DNA of 63,305 bases, filler included, from Pseudomonadota bacterium (GCA_043825735.1; 4 parts of 4 records of this genome joined end to end with filler, not necessarily neighbours in it), one strand, 5' to 3'. Positions 49,401 through 59,273 are shown, counted from the first letter of the whole stretch. Numbers and translations are program-made. Notes: generated by a model not told the origin, from the sequence alone.

Positions 49401-49654
49401 CTATGCCTCTCGAATGGTTACTTCGCGCAGGTCCATTTTCCCCAGGCCATTGCCGTGGGCCTTTCGGATCATGATCTGACTTTGGGGATCCAGATCGAGA
49501 AACCGGCGGCAAAAACATCGCTCCCGGTGGCCACCGAGATATCGGGGCGGGTGGCGGCCCCAGCCGTCAGCGTCGGAATAAAAGGCAAACCGCCCAAGGC
49601 GACGCCTGCCGCCAGACCGGATTTGATGAACTGTCGGCGATCCATTTTCTTCAT
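49401..49654 (-). pseudogene. DUF362 Tat-exported protein relic with a large internal deletion
   Basis: Twin-arginine leader MDRRQFIK joined out of frame to a DUF362-like C-terminus (AHGNGLGKMDL). Confidence 0.65.
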
Positions 49655-49784
49655 GTGGCCCCCTTTGGCGTGAAGCGTTTCCAGGGAAAACATCAGCCTT
49701 CATATAGACAGACGCTTGCCTCTTTTCAAGGGAAGAGCGGAACTGGATTTACTCGCCGTTCGTGGCAGAATCTGAGCGCCTTAT

Positions 49785-49967
49785 TTACCCCCGACCAAAA
49801 CGGCTCTCCTCCCACTGGATGCGGATTCCGCAACGGGCGGCCTCTTCCGCCGAAAAGATGTGTTTGAGGATCTCGAGTTCATCTCCGGATCGGGTTGCCG
49901 GAAATCCCACGGGCATCCGATCCAAGTGCTGTTGCAATTGACGATAGACCTGATCTTGATCTTCCAC
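49785..49967 (-). pseudogene. N-terminal relic of a 4Fe-4S-binding protein
   Basis: VYRQLQQHLDRMPVGFPATRSG.EL.ILKHIF..EEA is a characteristic N-terminus; homology stops after about 45 aa. Confidence 0.65.
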
Positions 49968-50585
49968 GGCGCCCTCCTTTGTGTCAGCAATTTGATTCGG
50001 CTAATCCCTATCGCTTCCGGTGATGGTGTCACCATTGCCTGGAGAGGTGGATGATGCAATAAACGGATCGGCGGTTTCGGCGCAGCAGTATTCTGAAACC
50101 AGGTTGGGCACAATGGGCTAGGGTATTATTTTTTCTACGCTAAAATTCATTCACAGATCAAGTGGATTTCGCTCATAGAAGCTGTTTCAAAACCTTCAAT
50201 CAGGTCCAAGGTCACCGCGGACGAACTGATTCAAACGCAGGGATACAAATGGTATTTCGAGTATTGAATCATTCGTCCAACGCCGAGACTTGTGCGCCTT
50301 TGGCGGATTGGGCCTCAGGGAAGGTTTTGAAATGGCTTCTAATAAAATGGCTCGACCGTTCTGCCGGACCAGGCACCCCGATTGTCATTCCTGCAAAAAT
50401 CTCGAAAATCCCTCCTGAGATTGCCTTAAACGCACTTTTCGGCGGCAAAATTGCGTTTTAGGGAAATCGTTCGCCTGTTACTTGAGAATTCCTGACAATC
50501 TGCTAAACAACTTGCATGATTGAACAACACTTCAGTGCCTTTTCAAATCTTTACACAGATAAAAATGGCTAAAGGACTTTTTGGC

Positions 50586-52679
50586 ATGCGAAAAAATGGC
50601 CTCCGAATCCTGCTGTCCATCACTGCATTGCTGCTGTCGACCCAATGCTACTGCGGGTGCTCGAAATCGCGTTCCTTTCCCCAGACCATCGAAAACACCT
50701 CCCGCTTCATCGATCAGACCATGGCCCAGAACAACATGGTGGGATTGAGCATCGCATTGGTGTCCGAAGGCTGGACGGTGTGGGCGGCAGGGTTCGGGTG
50801 GGCGGACAAGGAAAACAGGGTGCCGGCCAGGGCCGACACGGCCTACATGCTTGGTTCGGGCTCCAAGACGCTCACCACTGTGGCCCTGCTCCAGCTCGCC
50901 GAGCAGGGGCTTGTCTCCCTCGACCGGCCGGCCGTGGATTACCTTGCCGGATTCCAGCTCGCCGCCCGGTATCCCGGTCAGATGCAGGGAATCACCGTCA
51001 AGCGGCTGCTCAACCACCATTCCGGCCTTCCCGGAGACATTTACAACGGCGGCTTCGTTGAACTGGCGTGGAACCAGTGGGGATGCAGCCTGTACACCGA
51101 CTGGCTGATGAACTATCTTTCCGGCGACTACCCCAGTTATGCACCCGGAGAGATCGCCGTCTACTGCAACACCGGCTTCGTCCTTGCCGGTGAAATCGCC
51201 CGACGTGCGGGCGGCATCGGCGCCGAAACCTTCAACGACTACATGGTGCGGACCCTGTTCCAACCTCTGGGCATGGACCGCACTAATTTTCGGGCGGCCC
51301 TGGGCGACATGGCCGTGGGGTATATCGGCGGGGCGCGGATACCCGCAATAGAGGCCAACTGCACCTTTGGCGCCACGGGCGGAGCGGTGACCACCGCCAT
51401 AGACATGGGCCGCTTCTTGTCCATGATCCTCAACCAGGGTCTGGGCCCCGACGGCAATCGGATGCTCACGCCGCAAAGTGTGGCCATGCTGGGTCAAAGC
51501 GAGATAACACCGCTGGATCTGAATTCATTTTTCATCCCCGGCTTGGGGCTTGACACCATGGACGACCCCGTGATGCGCTACGCTGGCAGAGCCTGGGCCA
51601 AGAACGGCAGCACCGGGCATTTCAACTCCTACATGGAAATGCTCCCCGATATGAAGCTGGCCGTAATCGTGCTCACCAATTCCGATACCGCCCATCTGTC
51701 GGTCTACGCCATCGCCAGGGAATGCCTGAAAAACGCGGTAACCGAGAAGACGGGGCTCCAGTCTTCGCTGCCGGCATACCCATCGCTGCCATCTGAGGCG
51801 AACCCGGCCGTCATCGCCGGCACCTACGTGAAAAAAAACGGTTTCGACCGGTTGGCGGACAACCTCGACGGCACGCTGTCGTGGACAAAGGACGCTCACA
51901 GCGGCGCCCCGACGGTGGCCACGCTTCAATACGGCGCGTCGGGCTGGCAGGAGGTCCCGGGGGCGACTGCGTCCCTGGTGTTCCGGAATCTGTCCCACAT
52001 GGGCATGGGCCATTTCGCAATGATCCAGGTGGGCAGCAGCGGTTCGGCGCTGGACGAGAGTGTCTTCGGCGGGCACGTGGTCCTGGTCCAAGGGGAAAAA
52101 CTCGCCATCCCCGCCATCAGTCCGGCATGGCTGGGGCGCGTGGGCCTGCCGTGGGTGGTCGAAAACATCCCCTTCAACGATGTGAACTGGGACACGCCAT
52201 TTCTCGTGATCGAGAACGCCGGCGGCGTCCTCATGGTCCGTCAGGGAGTCAATCTGCAGGTGATTTTCCCCTCCTCCGACAGTCTCGCCTTCGTGCAGGG
52301 GATGGGCAATCGGAACGGGAGCGCCGTACAGGTGAAGACCGTTTCGGGGCGGGACACACTCGTTTTCGTGGGGTACGAAGCCTATCCCATGAACCTTGTC
52401 CCTGTGGTGCTCTACGGCGATGTGATCAACGCCAGCGTGGCCTTTCACAAGACCCACTGGTATCGCTTCGATGCCGCCGGCCCGGGCTCCCCCGTCGTCT
52501 TCGACATCCCCGGCGGCACCGGTGGCTATCACCTCCGGCTGTTCCCCAGCGCCTTGAGCACAGCGGTGGCCCAGGGTACGGACCGGATCTCCTACACGGC
52601 GCCGGCGGGCAGCCACTACCTGGCGGTCAATCGCACGCCGGACGCCCCGGCGGCCTATACCCTCCGAGTGACCCCATGA
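50586..52679 (+). CDS. Exported serine hydrolase (beta-lactamase class C/AmpC-like fold) with C-terminal extension
   Basis: SxxK (GSGSKT), LLNHHSG, YCN, AKNG motifs; signal peptide. Confidence 0.88.
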   Translation: MRKNGLRILLSITALLLSTQCYCGCSKSRSFPQTIENTSRFIDQTMAQNNMVGLSIALVSEGWTVWAAGFGWADKENRVPARADTAYMLGSGSKTLTTVALLQLAEQGLVSLDRPAVDYLAGFQLAARYPGQMQGITVKRLLNHHSGLPGDIYNGGFVELAWNQWGCSLYTDWLMNYLSGDYPSYAPGEIAVYCNTGFVLAGEIARRAGGIGAETFNDYMVRTLFQPLGMDRTNFRAALGDMAVGYIGGARIPAIEANCTFGATGGAVTTAIDMGRFLSMILNQGLGPDGNRMLTPQSVAMLGQSEITPLDLNSFFIPGLGLDTMDDPVMRYAGRAWAKNGSTGHFNSYMEMLPDMKLAVIVLTNSDTAHLSVYAIARECLKNAVTEKTGLQSSLPAYPSLPSEANPAVIAGTYVKKNGFDRLADNLDGTLSWTKDAHSGAPTVATLQYGASGWQEVPGATASLVFRNLSHMGMGHFAMIQVGSSGSALDESVFGGHVVLVQGEKLAIPAISPAWLGRVGLPWVVENIPFNDVNWDTPFLVIENAGGVLMVRQGVNLQVIFPSSDSLAFVQGMGNRNGSAVQVKTVSGRDTLVFVGYEAYPMNLVPVVLYGDVINASVAFHKTHWYRFDAAGPGSPVVFDIPGGTGGYHLRLFPSALSTAVAQGTDRISYTAPAGSHYLAVNRTPDAPAAYTLRVTP

Positions 52680-52865
52680 TCGTGCCGACCAGCCAACCCT
52701 ATTTTGGTGATTTGTGGCCGCCGAACTGTCCTCCTATCATTCCAGCAATAATCCCGGTCTTCGCCTCGGGCCGGCATGACTTTATGACGGCCGCTGGAGG
52801 ATGCCGGACCAAGCCCGGTATGACGCAACGAGAGGGCAAATAGGTCGTCTGACAGGCCAAAGAAA

Positions 52866-52899
52866 AAAAAGGTTACAGCTTGATGGCTGTAACCCTTTT
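52866..52899 (-). terminator. Rho-independent terminator downstream of the tRNA-Arg fragment
   Basis: aaaaggttacagc / gctgtaacccttt stem. Confidence 0.8.
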
Positions 52900-52907
52900 G
52901 TTTTCAG

Positions 52908-52952
52908 TGGCGCGCCCGGCCTGATTCGAACAGGCGACCTACGGATTCGTAG
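52908..52952 (-). tRNA. 3' half of tRNA-Arg(ACG): integration (att) site, not a full tRNA
   Basis: Reverse complement reads ctACGaa-tccgtaggtc-gcctgttcgaatcaggc-cgggcgcg-cca; no D-arm or 5' acceptor strand upstream. Confidence 0.88.
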
Positions 52953-53065
52953 ACCTTGAAAGCGGCGCTAAAAAATCTGCGCTTTTACAAGCACTTGGAA
53001 ACACAGCTATTTTGGGCGTCTCTTTTGGAACTATTTGGCTTTAACTGTAAAAACTTGACCTTGAC

Positions 53066-53270
53066 GGGCACAAAATGGGCACAGTGAGGGCATAGTCGAT
53101 CCGGCTATGCCCTTCTGAATTTTTGAAATCCTAAAATTTGGGGTAAAAATTCAGACCCAGGGATTTTCAATCCCCTGCCCCCTTTTTTGGCCCTTTTTCC
53201 TGCATTGTGCCCGAATCCGTGGGCATAGTACCCCTCTTTTCCTGCCCTGTGCCCAAGTCAGTGGGCACAG
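53066..53270. repeat. Cluster of gggcac/gggcat direct and inverted repeats, probable integrase arm-type sites
   Basis: gggcacaaaatgggcacagtgagggcata; tgtgccc...gtgggcata; tgtgccc...gtgggcaca. Confidence 0.6.
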
Positions 53271-53605
53271 TCACCCACCGATGTCCCCTACCCTGCCGCA
53301 TTCTGTCCAAATAATTCCAACGCCCATGACGAAATACCCAAAATGGGACATTGTTAGTCAGTGGCCCCCTGTCACATTCCATTACGAACTGACCAACCGG
53401 TCAGACCAACCGAACCGTCCCGATTACACATCGGACACAAACGCTGAGACAGGCCGGCCGTCTTAAAGCGTTCGGGGTCGAGCTATGACAACTGGGTCAG
53501 ATTGTCACGGGTGTCCAAAATCGGCCGGATTTTCGATTCTGGAAAAAGGCGAAAAAAACGCCGCCAAGAAAGATGCAGGCTTTCACAAATAATGCTGGTC
53601 CTGAT

Positions 53606-53983
53606 TCAATCGGATGTTCCCTTTTTCGGGCTGGCCGAAATCTTTGAAGCAGTCTCGGTCTCGGGCAAGGCTTCTTTGATCCGTCCTGCAGCCCGTTTGG
53701 CTATGCCCTTCAACTCATTCTGTCCCGTGATTTTCAGCAAGGCTTCGGCCTCTTGCCTGGTAAAACAGACTTCCACAAGATTATCGGCCGCCTTTTTCAT
53801 GAATTGGTGCTGTAAGGGGGACTTGTCTGAATGCTTGAAGGAGCCGGCGAGCATCACGGCATCGACCAAGGCGTCCACGTCGCCATCGGAAAATTTCCCG
53901 CGCGCAGATAGAGCCCTGCTTATGGCCTCCTTGAGCACGGCCATGCGTTTCTTGAAGTGGAATGTTTCTTGGCGTGTGGGCAT
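53606..53983 (-). CDS. Hypothetical protein
   Basis: 125-aa ORF 15 bp downstream of the AbrB-like gene, same strand. Confidence 0.6.
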   Translation of the reverse strand: MPTRQETFHFKKRMAVLKEAISRALSARGKFSDGDVDALVDAVMLAGSFKHSDKSPLQHQFMKKAADNLVEVCFTRQEAEALLKITGQNELKGIAKRAAGRIKEALPETETASKISASPKKGTSD

Positions 53984-53998
53984 GGGAGTTCGGTGTCG

Positions 53999-54340
53999 TT
54001 ATTTGTATTTCCTGGACAGCGTCAGACCGGCCTTGGATTTCTTGACGAAGAAGCGGTTGCCTTCCACGAACCCGTGCTCCTCCACCAGCGCCGCCGGGAT
54101 AATGATGCTGCCGCGCTTGCCCACGACCACTTCCTTGGAAATCTCTTTTTCAGCCTTCTTGCCGCCGCGCCCTGTTTTGATGGCCGGTATGGCGCCGGTC
54201 TCCATCAGTGCGTTCGTGTATGCCACCGTCAATTGAGTCGAGGTCTTGAAGCCGAAGTGGGCCATGATTTCCTTTTGATCCACGGCGTCCTTTACCATCT
54301 TGATGAGCTGGGCGGGGTCGGCTTTGATTCGTTTGGGCAT
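53999..54340 (-). CDS. Small DNA-binding protein with a C-terminal AbrB/MazE-like domain
   Basis: VVVGKRGSIIIP...GFVEGNRFFV swapped-hairpin pattern; GGAGA RBS. Confidence 0.75.
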   Translation of the reverse strand: MPKRIKADPAQLIKMVKDAVDQKEIMAHFGFKTSTQLTVAYTNALMETGAIPAIKTGRGGKKAEKEISKEVVVGKRGSIIIPAALVEEHGFVEGNRFFVKKSKAGLTLSRKYK

Positions 54341-54876
54341 AGTGGGTTCTCCGTTCAGGGGTTATCGTTGTCAGGTCTTTATCAGGTCGTAATTCTCATC
54401 ATCGGTGTGTCATTCTCAACATACTGTAATGAAATAGAAAAATGAGTGCATGACGATTATGACGATACAACAACGGAAATATTTTCAGTTCGTCGACTTC
54501 TGAAAAGGCCTCATAATCTGAAAGTATAGGAATGAGAATGGTAAATTGCGGTTTTCGCATACGGGACGGCGGCGCGGAACGATAGGCGTTATTGCGGACT
54601 GGGCAATTGGAATCCTCATACGGTTATTTGTCTCGTATTCACTGATTCTCTCATTCATAACCTTACCATTCCAGGCCGGCGGTAGATTTCACATATTGAC
54701 AGGGCGTTCAAAACGTCGAAAAGTAAGGCCACCGATCAGAACAAGCCACTTCCCTAAACAGATGCAAGATCCAAACACAATTTGAGATGGGATTTAGTAG
54801 GTATGTTGAAAAGCGAATTCTCATCTCCTCTCCAGAGGGCTGCTGAAGAATTTTGGGAATAACAAAAAAGCCTTCC

Positions 54877-55473
54877 TTATAGATTCCCACCATTCACAAT
54901 TATTATAATTATTTTTTCAAATGGGAATTTACTGCCCGGACATTTTGTGGGGCTCAGCATTTTATGCATAAATATATTTTCAACAGGAATTTTGTATTCT
55001 TCTATAAGAGCCCTAATTAAATTTACCAATGAATTAAGTTGAGCAGTCGTCGGGTCATGAATTTCAAAATTTCCAACCAATGCAATGCCTATTGCTTCTT
55101 TATTGATACCCCTATTTTTAGTATGTGCCCCTTCGTTTTGCTGACGCCACCTTCTTGACACTTCAATAAACCCATCAGGTAAAATTCTACCATTATTAAT
55201 TAAAAAATGATATCCTACATCATCCCAATTATTCATTTTTACATGTAATTCTAAAATATTTTCAAGAGAATCTTCCAAAGATGCAGTATGGTGGATAATT
55301 ATATACCGCCATTTTTTATTTTTATAATCTGTTTTAATAGTATCACTGATAGATGGCAGAGAAGTGTCAATATTATGGCAGAAGTAGTCTTCAATTACAT
55401 AGATAATAATTATAAATGCAAGCAAAAAGATAATATAACTAATAGAATTAAATAGTACCCTACGAGTTTTCAT
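54877..55473 (-). CDS. Membrane-anchored N-acetylmuramoyl-L-alanine amidase (Amidase_2/PGRP-like)
   Basis: IIIHHTA, DVGYHFLI, GAHT, IGIALVGNF, H...TKCPG zinc-ligand pattern; N-terminal TM. Confidence 0.92.
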   Translation of the reverse strand: MKTRRVLFNSISYIIFLLAFIIIIYVIEDYFCHNIDTSLPSISDTIKTDYKNKKWRYIIIHHTASLEDSLENILELHVKMNNWDDVGYHFLINNGRILPDGFIEVSRRWRQQNEGAHTKNRGINKEAIGIALVGNFEIHDPTTAQLNSLVNLIRALIEEYKIPVENIFMHKMLSPTKCPGSKFPFEKIIIIIVNGGNL

Positions 55474-55480
55474 AAATTCA

Positions 55481-56386
55481 TTAAGTATTTTTTAGCTTTT
55501 TTGGCGCATTAAAGTGCATTGTATTTGCACAAAATTTTTCTACACCATTTTCAATTAAATTTCGCAAATATGCGTTACTATATTGTTTATTATTTAGTGA
55601 ATATAACAGCACGTGACAGTCACCAAAACCCGGAGCTTTTAATTGTATATCATTAAGAATATTAATAGCAGCTTGGTATTTTTTATTTAAAATTAAATTG
55701 CATGCATTTCTATATTTATCAGTTAAAGAACTGATTTTTTCTGCATACCTCTCTGACATCTCCGTATAAAATTTTTGGTCTCTATTCAGATAGTATATGT
55801 CTTCTAGTATTGTGAGCTTAACCGGATTCATTATTGATATTCTATTGTATAACTCTTTGAGTCTATTTGCATTTTCAATTCTTTTCTCTAAGATTTCTTT
55901 ATATTCCTTGCACGCATCGTTTCTAAAAATTGATTCACAAACATTCATGTGCCTCAATGCTTCTTGAATATCGCCATCTGAAAAATAATTACTTGCCTCA
56001 GCTACCATAACTCTAGGATAGTTTTTTATAAGTATCCTTTTCCCCGAAAAATACTTATTTAATTGGTAAGCAGTCGCAAAAATTAATAAAATAGATATAA
56101 AAAGAAATACATAGTTTTTCTTATTCACGCTATAAATAATATTGAACTTTTCTTTAAAACTTGTTTGAACAACTTCTTTGTTAAAATTGATATATCTTTT
56201 AATATCTTTAATAGATATTATTATAAATAATGAAACAATTATTTCAACTATAAATACTCTTGAAAAAATATATAGCCAGTCCAAATAATTTGACTTTATA
56301 ATCTCCCAAACCTGATTTGCAAGTAACAAAAATCCGCCAATAACTGCTGTAATAATTGCAAGATAATAACGAATTTTTTTATTCAT
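55481..56386 (-). CDS. AT-rich hypothetical membrane protein with TPR-like helical domain
   Basis: Three hydrophobic segments followed by helical repeats (YQAAINIL...PGFGD). Confidence 0.7.
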   Translation of the reverse strand: MNKKIRYYLAIITAVIGGFLLLANQVWEIIKSNYLDWLYIFSRVFIVEIIVSLFIIISIKDIKRYINFNKEVVQTSFKEKFNIIYSVNKKNYVFLFISILLIFATAYQLNKYFSGKRILIKNYPRVMVAEASNYFSDGDIQEALRHMNVCESIFRNDACKEYKEILEKRIENANRLKELYNRISIMNPVKLTILEDIYYLNRDQKFYTEMSERYAEKISSLTDKYRNACNLILNKKYQAAINILNDIQLKAPGFGDCHVLLYSLNNKQYSNAYLRNLIENGVEKFCANTMHFNAPKKLKNT

Positions 56387-57579
56387 TAAATCACCACTTT
56401 CTTAACTCTCTCGTCACTTTCATCAAGCCACTTGTTTAATATAATAATAGATAATTCTTTGATAGTGAGATTGTTTATTGCGTCAATCTCTAAGTTTAAA
56501 AATGTTTTAAGCATAATTGTGCAGTTCGTCTGATTATACTTGCTACCGAGAGAAACTATCAAAGCATCGCTAATTTTTGTGTTTTCATTTATCAGAGCCA
56601 ATTTGGCCAATAACTCAGACAAACTTGAAGAGCATTGCTCCATAAACGAATATCTCTTTTTAACCCACCTATCTATTCTATAAAGAACTCTTATTGTGCT
56701 GTCTGAGTCTTTGTAATTTTTTACTAAATTTGAGAATGCAAAATAAGATGTATTGTTATCATTTAATGAATATGACAATTTTAAGATATACCTAAGGCAA
56801 TCATCAGATAGATATGATTTTGGATAATTGCTTATAAATTCTTTGCATTTTGTTATACACTGATGGTTGTTTTCAATTTTCATATACGGATTCTCTGCAG
56901 TCTTGTAGTTTTCAAGAAGTATATTGATAATGTTTATGTGCGCCTCATCAACTTTCTCACTGTGATTGTTATTAGAAATAAAATTTTCCCAAAGTTTTAT
57001 TGCCAAATCAGGTTTTTGGCTCTTTGATGATATATATGTTTTGTAATAATCCACATCATCCTTTAGTGATTTTTCTACATCATCAGTCCTTACAGCTAAG
57101 TCTCCATCCTCCTTAAAATTCTTATAATAATCATTACAGTATAGGTATTTATTAATAAATGAAGAATTCCCATAGGGGTAATTATTATTGAAAAATTCTA
57201 CAATTTTTCTAGCAGCATTAAAATAGTCGTTATATTCATCATATAATCTACCGTCACTTAGCATTTCTGAATAATTTAAAAACTGCTGCGCTCTAAACCT
57301 TGCCATATCGTAATTTAATTTTATTATATTCTTATAACAATCCAAAAATATACGGGCGACAAGATGCTTAATTATTAATTTACTATATTTTCTTTTTATA
57401 TCTCTATTTGATATCAAAAAATCTAATATTCTTCTTTCTAATGTATAGAAACCATATTTGTTCGAAAGCAACAACATCCTATCAATTGTTTCTGCCGATG
57501 TACTTTCGTTAATTTTTATTACCTCATTGTGTATCACCTCATCAATATTATACTTTAATAGCAAATCAGCGTTAGCGAT
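56386..57579 (-). CDS. AT-rich TPR/BamD-like helical-repeat protein (5' end probably lost at the contig end)
   Basis: Repeats WENFISNNNHSEKVDEA, EFISNYPKSYLSDD, LVKNYKDSD; stop overlaps the next start. Confidence 0.65.
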   Translation of the reverse strand: MANADLLLKYNIDEVIHNEVIKINESTSAETIDRMLLLSNKYGFYTLERRILDFLISNRDIKRKYSKLIIKHLVARIFLDCYKNIIKLNYDMARFRAQQFLNYSEMLSDGRLYDEYNDYFNAARKIVEFFNNNYPYGNSSFINKYLYCNDYYKNFKEDGDLAVRTDDVEKSLKDDVDYYKTYISSKSQKPDLAIKLWENFISNNNHSEKVDEAHINIINILLENYKTAENPYMKIENNHQCITKCKEFISNYPKSYLSDDCLRYILKLSYSLNDNNTSYFAFSNLVKNYKDSDSTIRVLYRIDRWVKKRYSFMEQCSSSLSELLAKLALINENTKISDALIVSLGSKYNQTNCTIMLKTFLNLEIDAINNLTIKELSIIILNKWLDESDERVKKVVI

Positions 57580-57679
57580 NNNNNNNNNNNNNNNNNNNNN
57601 NNNNNNNNNNNNNNNNNNNNNNNTTAATTAATTAANNNNNNNNNNNNNNNNNNNNNNNNNNNNNNNNNNNNNNNNNNNN
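57580..57679. other. Artificial contig-joining spacer
   Basis: 44 N + TTAATTAATTAA + 44 N. Confidence 0.97.
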
Positions 57680-57990
57680 CGGAAAGGGTTCCTGCGCATG
57701 ACCGACAAAGATGTAATGCCGCCCATTGCAAGCATTGACGAGAAATATCAGATGATGGCGCGGTTTATGGAAATGATTGATATGCCGCCAGATAAGCGCC
57801 CACCGCAGTTTCACGAAATCAAGTCAATATTGCTCAGTTCTACGCCCTAAATTCTCTCATTTAGTGATTTTTTGATTGACAAGAGCCCGACATTTTCTTT
57901 AAGCTACAAACACCTCCACATCGGCATAGGGCCTTGTCATGGACTAACGGGCACCCCACCAAGACGAGGCCCTCTCTTTTTCTGGACAGC

Positions 57991-58257
57991 ATGGACCTAA
58001 CCACCGAGCAGCTCGATCATATTGCAGACCGCCTGGCCCCGAGACTTCTTGAGGCCCTGGCCGCCAGCCTCACTCACGCACTCTGGATGAGCGTTGAGCA
58101 GGCAGCCGCCTACATGAAGGTAAAGCCCTGCACCGTGCGGCGCCTCATCAAAAAAGGCCACCTGTACGCCAAAAGAACGGCCGACAGCCCTTCCGCCTCC
58201 CTCATAGTTTCCCGTGAAGACATCGACGTCTGGTTAAACAGCGAACGCATATTCTAA
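57991..58257 (+). CDS. Excisionase-like helix-turn-helix protein
   Basis: WMSVEQAAAYMKV...TVRRLIKKG...VSREDIDVWL pattern. Confidence 0.85.
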   Translation: MDLTTEQLDHIADRLAPRLLEALAASLTHALWMSVEQAAAYMKVKPCTVRRLIKKGHLYAKRTADSPSASLIVSREDIDVWLNSERIF

Positions 58258-58294
58258 TTGACAGCCAGCGCGGTGATCTTTATATCTGCGCGCC

Positions 58295-58984
58295 ATGTCG
58301 CAAAGACACAATGCCTACACTGACCCTGAGAGACTTACCGACGCCGATTTGATGCGGATACGCGACAACACCGACATTGGCCAGTTCCGCCTTGCGCTCG
58401 ATGGGACGATCCTATGGGCAAATAATTGGTGGTCTCGATATGCGATGAGCGCCGAGACAATGATCGGGGCTAATGCCAAGGACAGATTAGACCTTTCTTC
58501 ACGCAGAAAAATATGGACCGATGATGGCGATCTTCACCCGGCACTGCTCAGAGATAGAATGCTGGCGCCGATGCGCTTATCGGGGATAAACTTCAACGGA
58601 GCGCACTTCACTTCGATTCTTCAAATTTTTCTTGTAACAAAGGCGGCCTCTCGCCAGGACCGGCTGATATTGATCGACTTTGGTGTGAACCATATGCTGG
58701 AAGCGGCCACGATCCTGCGAGCTACCATCAATGATGTCGCAGCCAAGAGCCGCGAGATCTTAAAATTTATCAGCCGAATTGACAAACTCCCTGCCACAGT
58801 TTCCCCGGCCGAATATCGCGTAGCGATGTGTATCAAAAACACGGCTGCCAGCTCAAAAGAGATTGCCGCCCAAATCGGCATTTCACCCCGCACAGTCGAA
58901 ACCCACCGAAGCAGCCTGCGAAGCAAGCTCCAGCTTGGCGCCGATGAAGACCTGGTGACCGCACTAAAAAGATACGAAATATAG
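58295..58984 (+). CDS. LuxR-type HTH regulator with a PAS-like N-terminal domain
   Basis: VSPAEYRV...SKEIAAQIGISPRTVETHRSSLRSKL; N-terminal LDGTILWAN...MIG PAS-like pattern. Confidence 0.82.
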   Translation: MSQRHNAYTDPERLTDADLMRIRDNTDIGQFRLALDGTILWANNWWSRYAMSAETMIGANAKDRLDLSSRRKIWTDDGDLHPALLRDRMLAPMRLSGINFNGAHFTSILQIFLVTKAASRQDRLILIDFGVNHMLEAATILRATINDVAAKSREILKFISRIDKLPATVSPAEYRVAMCIKNTAASSKEIAAQIGISPRTVETHRSSLRSKLQLGADEDLVTALKRYEI

Positions 58985-59273
58985 AAGGCCAAACCAGTCG
59001 GATATTGGGTGAACAATCAGTATCTTTCCGTATTGCCCCGTTGCGCCAGTGATGATAACGCTGGTGCCCCTTTGTTTCAGTCTGGACGAATAACCAACAG
59101 AAAGGGCGAGGAATGGGGCATGAGGAAAACGCACTGATAGACACTTTTGAATTTTGGCTTGGCCTTCCAACAGACTTGAGGCCAACAGTGTTCTGGGAAG
59201 TTAAAGGGATGCTCTCACAGCCCAGACACAAACCAGTTGACAGGAGCGCGCCGCGCAATATAGCGTCGCGCCT

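Noticed and set aside
50586..52679. Antibiotic-resistance beta-lactamase call
   Set aside because: The SxxK/YxN fold is shared by many peptidases and esterases, and the long C-terminal extension is unlike AmpC.
52908..52952. Functional tRNA-Arg gene
   Set aside because: The 5' acceptor strand, D-arm and 5' anticodon stem are absent, so it is reported as an att fragment.
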